From contig CM059431.1 in assembly GCA_030390025.1 (NCBI GenBank), forward strand, positions 123,878,001 through 123,942,000: DNA of 64,000 bases. The letters run 5' to 3'. The notes below the pieces were generated by a model that was not told the DNA's origin, made no database searches, and was given only the letters and a program-made list of their open reading frames with translations. Positions 39,215-47,675 of the stretch are shown piece after piece; the stretch's first letter is position 1, and the number at the start of each line of letters is the position of its first letter. A program made the position numbers and the translations under genes. Source of the stretch: Squalus acanthias (lineage: Eukaryota).

Positions 39215-39837
39215 CTTGGCCGTCCAGAGACGGGCGGTGAATATACAGAGTTTTAATGTATTTTAGGTGTTTTACAGTTTGGTAGTTTTTAGGATTTGAA
39301 GGATTCTAGTTTTAAGGTTTTTAGCAAGTAAGTTCGAAGATCTTAAGAATCGATCACCTGTCCAGCCAAAGAACCTTCTCGGGACATGGCTGTCTGTTTT
39401 GTGTGTCCCTACAGAGAGGAAATCAGCATGACAAGGGTTCTGCTCCTGCTCGCCCTGGTAGGGGTGAGCATCAGTGACCGAGGTGACGTGGAGGACTCCC
39501 ACATCTATGGGTGCTCGGGAGAGAGAGCACCGGTCGTCACCGCAGGGGGTGGCGAGCGGGGAGTGGAGGAGCTCGCCATCTACTTCCACGAGGGAAGGTG
39601 GCCAGGGTGGCTGGGGTCCAACTCCACAAGATACTCCAGCCAGACCGGGCTCACGTACAGGGAGGCCTCCCTCCCATGCCCCAGAGTACAGGTCTTTGTC
39701 ACAAGGGTCAGTGTCACCAAGGGGAAGCGTGTGTGCCTTACCTGTAAGGGACAAATTCCCCATAATAGGTGGTGGTGGCTCAGGAAGCTGAGCAGGGACG
39801 CAGGGGACCATACAGCCGACTGGGAAAGATTAGGGAA

Positions 39838-40353
39838 TGAAGTAAGATATTAAAAATTGGATATAACCAGGGCAATTCGGGCATGACTCATTTGCAGAAA
39901 GCCAGGCCTTTAACGAGATTTGTTTCAAGTCACACAACACCTTACAAGCTTTCGGAGTCTACCTCCTTCAACGAGATTTACAGATAGCATTGTATGTAAC
40001 TTTTACAGCCACCCTCGGATAACGAGATCCCCATAAGGCGAGACAGAAATGTTTGCTAACCAAGTAACTTTTAAACCTAATTGGATCTCTGTAAAGGCAA
40101 GACAGAAATATTTGTAAAACGAGTAATGTGTTTTTAGACCTAGCATTGTGTGTAACTTTTAAACCTGATTGGATATAAATATGTGTGTTTTCATTAGCTC
40201 GGTGGAGTTGTACTCATGTAAGCGACATGAGAGGTTCTCCCCAGGCCTGTAATAAACCGTTGTGACTTCAATTACTTGGTCAGTCTTTCTTCCAACAAGC
40301 CAGTAGCGTCGACCTTGTATATCACTGGGTCCGCACTTTGGGAGCTTACATCA
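39838..40353 (+). repeat. Inner provirus 5' LTR
   Basis: Termini TGAAGTAAG...CTTACATCA; TATAAAT 40174; AATAAA 40251. Confidence 0.97.
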
Positions 40354-40355
40354 AT

Positions 40356-40373
40356 TGGCGACGAGGATGGGAT
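40356..40373 (+). promoter_or_regulatory. Primer-binding site, tRNA-Ser(GCT)
   Basis: TGGCGACGAGGATGGGAT is the 18-nt complement of the ATCCCATCCTCGTCG-CCA 3' end. Confidence 0.88.
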
Positions 40374-40604
40374 GCGCGATCTGAACAAAACTCTCGGACA
40401 GCGATAACCTAAGACGGGTGAGTACGTTTAAATTACCACCTGTAAAATTAGAGGTTAATCGCTGGCGAGACGTTAAGTAAGATTGACGTACAAAAGAACT
40501 ATAAAAAGAAAGACACCTTTAATTGAAGGCGGTTAACACTGCCGGACTGCGGTACCGGAAAACAAGGGTTTAGAAACCTGATAGGCCCACGAGGTGCGGC
40601 TCTT

Positions 40605-41040
40605 AAGTAGTAGTTAAAACGGGGAGTTTTAACACGGTGGAGGACGAGTCCTTCTGGCCGAAAAGTAAACTTAGGTAGTAGTTAAAACGGGGAGTTTTAA
40701 CACGGTGGAGGACGAGTCCTTCTGGCCGAAAAGTAAACTTAGGTAGTAGTTAAAACGGGGAGTTTTAACACGGTGGAGGACGAGTCCTTCTGGCCGAAAA
40801 GTAAACTTAAGTAGGAGTTAAAACGGGGAGTTTTAACACGGTGGAGGACGAGTCCTTCTGGCCGAAAAGTAAACTTAAGTAGGAGTTAAAACGGGGAGTT
40901 TTAACACGGTGGAGGACGAGTCCTTCTGGCCGAAAAGTAAACTTAAGTAGTAGTTAAAACGGGGAGTTTTAACACGGTGGAGGGCGAGTCCTTCTGGCCG
41001 AAAAGTAAACTTAGGTAGTAGTTAAAACGGGGAGTTTTTA
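40605..41040 (+). repeat. 68-bp tandem repeat (6 full units plus a partial seventh) in the provirus leader
   Basis: Units start at 40605, 40673, 40741, 40809, 40877, 40945 and 41013; a diverged extra copy lies at ~41093-41155. Confidence 0.97.
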
Positions 41041-41181
41041 AAATAAACAAACAAGGGTTTAGAAACCCGGTAGGCCCACGAGGTGCGGCTCTTAAGAAGT
41101 AGTTAAACAGGTTGTTTTAACACTGGGTGAAGGACAAGTCCTTCTGGCCGAAAAAGAAATAAATAAATAAATAAATAAACT

Positions 41182-42730
41182 ATGGCTAGCAAAGAGGATA
41201 AGGAACCCTGGGGAGACCCAGAGTCTGTAACACGATATGTTTACGACAAGAATAAAAAATTAATTGAGAAAATGAGAAAGGCAGGGTGGAACCAGGACGA
41301 TAAACCAGACACACAAAGGGACTGGTGGAGGAAACAAACCAAAAATAAATTGGAGAAAGCGTGCATTATCGTAGCGGCACGATACGATCGGGAACGTATG
41401 CTCCAGCGCGGAGCCCTTAAAACATATCCAGCAGCTGCAGCCAACCCAAAACCGGGTAACTCCCAGGAAAGGTTATACCTGGAGCTGCCCCAGGGGGGGC
41501 CGACTGGCTGTCCTCCCCCATATACAGGACACCAGTCGGCAGCCCCGGAGCCTGTTCCGATGGCACCAGTGACACTGCAATATAGGCCAGCAATCCCCGC
41601 GGTTCCGGAAATTCCGGCGGCAGGGGGGAATCCGGCCGTCCCGGCAGTACCGGGCAGGCCGGCCACCACAACGTTGACCTACACACCGTTAAGCCTGCAG
41701 GATCGGGTGATTCTCCTCAATGAATTACCAGCCTTAAAACACCGCCAGAATAATCAGACATTCTGGCACAAACTGCGCGAAGTACGCATAAACCATGCCC
41801 TACATAGTATAGATATCGATCAATTGGTACGAGCTAAATGTCCCGAGGAACAGTGGAGATTAGTGCAGGGCAACCACGGAAATGGCCAGTGGGCCACAAA
41901 TACAGGACAGACAATCCAACAATTAAACACTGAGTTCGACCAATTCAAGGCCGCTGTGGAAGCAGCAATGGGACAGGCCCCCGTAAATTGGGCAGCTATA
42001 AGCGGAATCACACAAAAAAAAGGGAGAAAGCGCTATCGATTATGGAAAACGAAAGTGGTCCGCCTTTGAGGGTAACTGTGGGATCCCAGGCCCCTTAAAC
42101 AAAAACAACGCTTGTTTTCTGCAAACATTTAAACAGGGACTAAGTCCAATGCACCAGAATGCAATAAAAATGGGGCTAGTGGTCCACCATAATTGGGAGG
42201 ACTTAATACAGTGGGCGTGCGAAGTAGATAATCAGGTCCAAGAACAAGCCAAACCTAAAATAGCTGCCCTAAGGACGGATAGCGACAATGAGGATGCATT
42301 AAGTGTGGCGGCATGCTTCGGTTGCGGACAGGAGGGCCACATGAAAAGGGATTGCCCGAGGCAACAGAACAAAGGGGATAATCAGACATCTCAGCAAAAG
42401 GCTTCCTGTCATAATTGTGGAAAACCAGGGCATAGGAAACAACAATGTTGGAATAAAGGAGGAGGAAGGGAAGGTCAGGGACCTAGACAGGGAGGAAAAC
42501 CGGGGTCAAGTATTGGAAGGTCAGAGAATAACGAGGAAAGCATGGCGAAACTGATCAGGAAGGGAATGCAAGACTGGGAGGATGACAGAGAAAGAGAAGA
42601 AAGGAAGAGGAGAAAGAGTAGGAAGTATAAGAGAGATGATTCCTCAGACACCTCCGACGAGGAAGACATAGTGGAGCTGACAAGGAAAATGGAAAAACTG
42701 GTCAAACAGATAAAAAAAGGCAACGCCTGA
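41182..42730 (+). CDS. gag: Inner gag with a single +1 lesion in an A8 run at 42014-42021
   Basis: PPPY late domain; removing one A restores MHR QKKGESAIDYGKRKW; two CCHC knuckles CFGCGQEGHMKRDC and CHNCGKPGHRKQQC. Confidence 0.88.
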
Positions 42731-45700
42731 AAGGTAGCGGCCCTCGGAGACCCGGTAAAGGGAGACCCTAGAATGTTTATTGAGGCACTGGTAGGGGGCC
42801 GACAGTGCAGAATGCTCATAGACACCGGGGCAGCAATATCTCTAACAAACGTACCCTTGCCGCGAACCAAGGAAAATATTTTTATATCTGGGATAGGGGG
42901 AGTAAAAATTAAAGCATGGAAAAGTGAGACAGTATTACTAGAATTGGGAAAAATCATTATACCTACATGTTTCTGGATCTGTGAGAATACTGAGGGAACC
43001 ATCCTGGGTATAGACATACTAAGGGAAGTGGGAGTTTTAATAGACCCCAAACAGGATAAGTTGCTATGGCCCGATAACCACAAGGAAGGGAGACATAACT
43101 CAAAGGGATCCAAGACAGCATGTGCCATCAGCGCTATCCAAATAATAGACCCCAAATGGGACGAAAAGGGAGGGTGGGGGGCAATTTGCCACCGATTCCC
43201 CGAACTATGGGCCAAACACAAGCAGGACTGCGGACTGGTTAAGATGAACCCAGTCAGAGTCCCCGGGCCAACCCACCGACCCCATAAACAATATCCCCTA
43301 AAAGTGGAGGCCCAGACAGCCGTACGGAGTATAGTATTGGAACTCGTGAAACAGGGAATTCTGCGAGAAACAGTGTCCGGCACTAACTCTCCAGTATGGC
43401 CCGTAAAGAAACCTGATGCGTCATATCGACTTACAATCGATTACACAGCCTTAAATAAAGTGACCCCAAAGGAATATCCAATTGTAGCAAGCCCAGCTAC
43501 TATCTTTAACGGTTTAAAACCAGAACACAAAATATTCACCGTGTTAGACATCGCAAACGGGTTCTGGTCCATTCCCCTGCATGAGGAATCACAGGAAAAG
43601 TTCGCCTTTACAATAGGCGGCAAACAGTATACATGGACACGGGTCCCACAAGGATTCCATAACAGTCCAGCCATTTTTCACCGCCACATGGCCAGAGCTC
43701 TTGAAGACCTAGACTTAGAGGGTGAAAATAGTACCCTCTTACAATACGTGGATGACCTCCTAATAGCGTCAGAAATGAAAGTGGGACATAAGGGGGCCCT
43801 GGTAAAGGTCTTTTCAACCCTACGGGAGGCGGGTTTTAAAGCAAACCCAGCCAAAGCCCAGGTAGGAAAATTGGAAGTCACATACCTCGGGTATAGGGTC
43901 AGTATGGGAAAAAGGGCTATGCCAGAGGAAAGGAAGGAGGCAATCAGCCAAATGCCAAGGCCCATAAACGTGAGAGGAGTACGACAGGTACTCGGTCTCT
44001 TTAACTTTAGCCGGAACTTTATAGAAGGCTTCTCACACATGGCCGCGCCTCTGTATGAATTAACAAAGGGGGGTAGGGCAGCAGGAGAACCCATCGGGTG
44101 GACATCCACTCAGGAAGAAGCATTTACCAAACTTAAACAAGCCCTGACCGCCGCCCCCGCGTTAGGATTACCTGATCAAGAGAGACCCTATCACATATTC
44201 TGTCACAATCATGATGGACACTATAGCGCCGTAGTAGCCCAGGAGCACGGAGGAAACATGAGATCGGTGGCCTACTATTCCACTAGACGATCCCCCATCG
44301 TGGCAGGTATGCCCCGCTGCGTGGCCGCTATAGACTGTGCCAGATGGTCAGTACAGGTCAGTGAACCGATTATAATGACCGGAGATATTGTACTACACAC
44401 CCAGCACACCCTGGTAGAATTACTTAATACGGGACGACTGAAGTCTGTCTCAAATGCTCGACGAGCAGCCTGGGAGGCGGTACTATTACCCAAAGACAAG
44501 TCAATACAGATAGTCAGGGATATGGGGCAGAACCCAGCCTCCATGATGATCATGGAAGGAGAGGACCACCAATGCATGAATGAGGAAGAGCCAGAAAATG
44601 ACCTAGACAAAATAAAAGAAATACCCTTGGCCGAAGCGGACTTGGAGTTATATGTAGATGGATCCCGAAAATATGTACAGGGAAAGCCGAGGACAGGCTG
44701 GGCGGTGGTAAATGGGGAAGGGATGGTGTTACAAGCCGGAACTCTCCCAGGGGATAAATCTGCCCAGGTCGCAGAACTAACAGCCTTAACGGAAGCCCTG
44801 AAACTGGCTATGGGAAAAAGGGTTAATGTATATACCGACAGCCGCTACGCCTTCGGAATAGTACATGATTATATGGCCGCATGGAGTAGGAGGGGGTACA
44901 TCACCTCTGGGGGAGCCCCCATCCAACACCTGGACGTAGTAAAGTCCTTGGTGAATGCCGCGCGCGGACCAACGGAGTTAGCAGTAATAAAGGTTAAAGC
45001 GCACACCAAAGGAAAAACTCCACAAGAACAAGGTAACAGAGCGGCAGACCTGGCCGCCAAGGTTATGACGGAGGCGCCCTGTGGCAATGTAACACCGATA
45101 GGGGGAGCCCCAGTCCCATTAATACCCCTTGAGTATAATATTGTTAAGTTACATCAAGGCATACCAGAACCTGAGCTGAACATTTGGGAAAAGAAGGGAG
45201 TAATGCTATCCAGAGATAAGGTCTGGAGGAAGGAGGGACGGGTCTGTGCACCGGAGTGTATCCAACAGGAACTAATGAGGTTGTATCACGGACAAGCCCA
45301 TACAGGGGCCAGCCGAATGATAAATAACATAGGCCAATGCTGGTGGTGGCCCGGACTATCAAGCAGTATAAGGAAGTATTGTAAGGATTGCCACATTTGT
45401 GCGCAATGTAACACCGGAAAACCAGTAAAGGTAAAATGGGGTAGACAGCCAAGACCCAAGGGACCCTGGGAGAAACTACAAATAGACTTTACAGGACCAT
45501 TAACCAAAAGCAAAGGAAAAACCTACTGTCTGGTAATAATTGACCAATTCACAAGGTGGGTGGAAGCTTTTGCCACCCGAAACTGTACCGCCAGTACAGT
45601 GGCCCGGATCTTGGCAGAAGAAATAATACCCCGGTGGGGAGTCCCATTACAAATAGATTCAGATAAGGGAACACACTTTACCGGAAAGGTAATGAAAGAG

Positions 45701-46294
45701 GCTTGCGCCCTGTTGGGCGTAAAGCAGAAATTTCATATACCTTACCATCCCGAAAGTTCAGGAATGGTGGAACGAATGAATCGGACCTTAAAACGATCTC
45801 TCACAAAGGCCATTGTGGAGACGGGGCAGGGATGGGCGGAACTGTTACCCACAATCCTAATGAGACTAAGGGCCACACCAAATAGCACCACCGGACTGAC
45901 CCCTTTTGAATTAATGACGGGACGGGCAATGGCGCTTCCCGAAGGAGTAGTGACCGGAGGGGAAGATGTGGGACCTTTAAAGGACAGAATCAGAAGGTTC
46001 ATAAAGCAATTATGTGCGGAACTGCACGGGCTGAGACAGGAGGCTAGAGACCAGCAGATAATCAAGGATCTGGAGAGGGATACCGAGGAACAAAAGAAAG
46101 TCATACCTGGGGTGGGAAGTCAGGTAATGTCTAGAATAATTCCAATAAAACCTGGGTTACGGCCCCGGTGGGAAGGACCCTATTTGGTATTAATGACCAG
46201 CGACACTTGTGCATGCATAGACCTGCACGGCACTGGAAAGGGAAGATGGAAACACTGGACACAATTAAAATTATACAAAGAAGCTGATGAATAA
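42731..46294 (+). CDS. pol: Inner pro-pol (PR-RT-tether-RNase H-IN), uninterrupted and in frame with gag
   Basis: 1173-aa ORF: LIDTGA, LDIANGFWSIPL, PQGFHNSP, YVDD, LYVDGS/AELTAL/YTDSRY, HHCC, D-D-E, WEGPY. Confidence 0.97.
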   Translation, partial: KVAALGDPVKGDPRMFIEALVGGRQCRMLIDTGAAISLTNVPLPRTKENIFISGIGGVKIKAWKSETVLLELGKIIIPTCFWICENTEGTILGIDILREVGVLIDPKQDKLLWPDNHKEGRHNSKGSKTACAISAIQIIDPKWDEKGGWGAICHRFPELWAKHKQDCGLVKMNPVRVPGPTHRPHKQYPLKVEAQTAVRSIVLELVKQGILRETVSGTNSPVWPVKKPDASYRLTIDYTALNKVTPKEYPIVASPATIFNGLKPEHKIFTVLDIANGFWSIPLHEESQEKFAFTIGGKQYTWTRVPQGFHNSPAIFHRHMARALEDLDLEGENSTLLQYVDDLLIASEMKVGHKGALVKVFSTLREAGFKANPAKAQVGKLEVTYLGYRVSMGKRAMPEERKEAISQMPRPINVRGVRQVLGLFNFSRNFIEGFSHMAAPLYELTKGGRAAGEPIGWTSTQEEAFTKLKQALTAAPALGLPDQERPYHIFCHNHDGHYSAVVAQEHGGNMRSVAYYSTRRSPIVAGMPRCVAAIDCARWSVQVSEPIIMTGDIVLHTQHTLVELLNTGRLKSVSNARRAAWEAVLLPKDKSIQIVRDMGQNPASMMIMEGEDHQCMNEEEPENDLDKIKEIPLAEADLELYVDGSRKYVQGKPRTGWAVVNGEGMVLQAGTLPGDKSAQVAELTALTEALKLAMGKRVNVYTDSRYAFGIVHDYMAAWSRRGYITSGGAPIQHLDVVKSLVNAARGPTELAVIKVKAHTKGKTPQEQGNRAADLAAKVMTEAPCGNVTPIGGAPVPLIPLEYNIVKLHQGIPEPELNIWEKKGVMLSRDKVWRKEGRVCAPECIQQELMRLYHGQAHTGASRMINNIGQCWWWPGLSSSIRKYCKDCHICAQCNTGKPVKVKWGRQPRPKGPWEKLQIDFTGPLTKSKGKTYCLVIIDQFTRWVEAFATRNCTASTVARILAEEIIPRWGVPLQIDSDKGTHFTGKVMKEACALLGVKQKFHIPYHPESSGMVERMNRTLKRSLTKAIVETGQGWAELLPTILMRLRATPNSTTGLTPFELMTGRAMALPEGVVTGGEDVGPLKDRIRRFIKQLCAELHGLRQEARDQQIIKDLERDTEEQKKVIPGVGSQVMSRIIPIKPGLRPRWEGPYLVLMTSDTCACIDLHGTGKGRWKHWTQLKLYKEADE

Positions 46295-47159
46295 CCCAGA
46301 AATCATATTGTACAAGGAAAGCAAGGATTATTTGCATAGGGTCCAAAGGGACAGGACATCCTTGTATTCGCGTTAATATGATCCTGTTGCATTATGATAG
46401 TAACATTCTTCGTGGTCTGTATGTTTCAATAGATCTGGGAGACTGGCAAAGTAGTAAGAATGGAATAACTAACTGCTGGTGACGACCAGCCTTGTATTTC
46501 CACAGGACAAATTAGAAGAACGACGGAAGAAGGGACGGCTGACAAAAAGGAAGATAATCAAGTATCTGCTTATATATGGCCTATATAACACCGGAAATGA
46601 TATTTTGGTGATTGGGGGTCAGGATGGTCGGGGACGTTGGGCGCCTCAGTGGTGCAAAGCATAATGATATTCCTCGTGATTGTTATTACAATATACTGTG
46701 TATTCTTGCTGCTCAAAGATTAGGTAAAGCCATGATGGTGTAAGACCCGATCTATAGCCCTAAAATTACAAGGGATGAATTGGACATGGTAATTAATAAC
46801 CAGGCCGGCCAACCGTAAGACGGGAGTGGCAGAAACAGGATTGGTGAGTGATGACAGTCTCGAAAGGACACGTCACGCACCCACCGAGGGAATGGAGGAC
46901 GAGCTCGAACCAGAAGCCCAAACCATTGATGCAGGGCTCTTGGGCCCCGGGGATGGCAACATAGAACCAAGACAAGAAAATAATAAGTCCACATATACCG
47001 CGTGGGGTGAAACCGGCTTATAAATTGGTTTATGTCATACCCATGTATAACCTAGACTGGTAGAAGGCCAGAGAGTGCACGCTCAGGCAGACACCAGGCA
47101 ATAGGAATACATGTTGACCTGTATTGGAACAGTTGTCCAATAGGTCAAAAGGGGGGAAT

Positions 47160-47675
47160 TGAAGTAAGATATTAAAAATTGGATATAACCAGGGCAATTC
47201 GGGCATGACTCATTTGCAGAAAGCCAGGCCTTTAACGAGATTTGTTTCAAGTCACACAACACCTTACAAGCTTTCGGAGTCTACCTCCTTCAACGAGATT
47301 TACAGATAGCATTGTATGTAACTTTTACAGCCACCCTCGGATAACGAGATCCCCATAAGGCGAGACAGAAATGTTTGCTAACCAAGTAACTTTTAAACCT
47401 AATTGGATCTCTGTAAAGGCAAGACAGAAATATTTGTAAAACGAGTAATGTGTTTTTAGACCTAGCATTGTGTGTAACTTTTAAACCTGATTGGATATAA
47501 ATATGTGTGTTTTCATTAGCTCGGTGGAGTTGTACTCATGTAAGCGACATGAGAGGTTCTCCCCAGGCCTGTAATAAACCGTTGTGACTTCAATTACTTG
47601 GTCAGTCTTTCTTCCAACAAGCCAGTAGCGTCGACCTTGTATATCACTGGGTCCGCACTTTGGGAGCTTACATCA
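47160..47675 (+). repeat. Inner provirus 3' LTR
   Basis: Identical by eye to 39838-40353; preceded by the PPT. Confidence 0.97.

Larger units (their letters stand above)
39838..47675 (+). mobile_element. Very young env-deficient endogenous retrovirus; inner provirus
   Basis: 516-bp LTRs identical by eye; 5-bp TSD gggaa (39833-39837, 47676-47680); PBS; PPT aaaaggggggaa; gag and intact pol. Confidence 0.97.

Noticed and set aside
40528..40575. Twister-like start ttaacactgcc
   Set aside because: No complementary P2 strand and no conserved loop-4 or pseudoknot nucleotides
40636..40675. Hammerhead ribozyme in the 68-bp unit (stem-GAAA-AGT/ACT-TA)
   Set aside because: The required CUGANGA core is absent (TTAACAC at that position)
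40605..41040. CRISPR-like array
   Set aside because: Units are contiguous and near-identical with no unique spacers; no cas genes; eukaryotic retroviral context
42475..43383. 302-aa antisense ORF over inner gag/pro, and similar shadow ORFs over other pol genes
   Set aside because: Same-register antisense shadows of real coding sequence, no motifs
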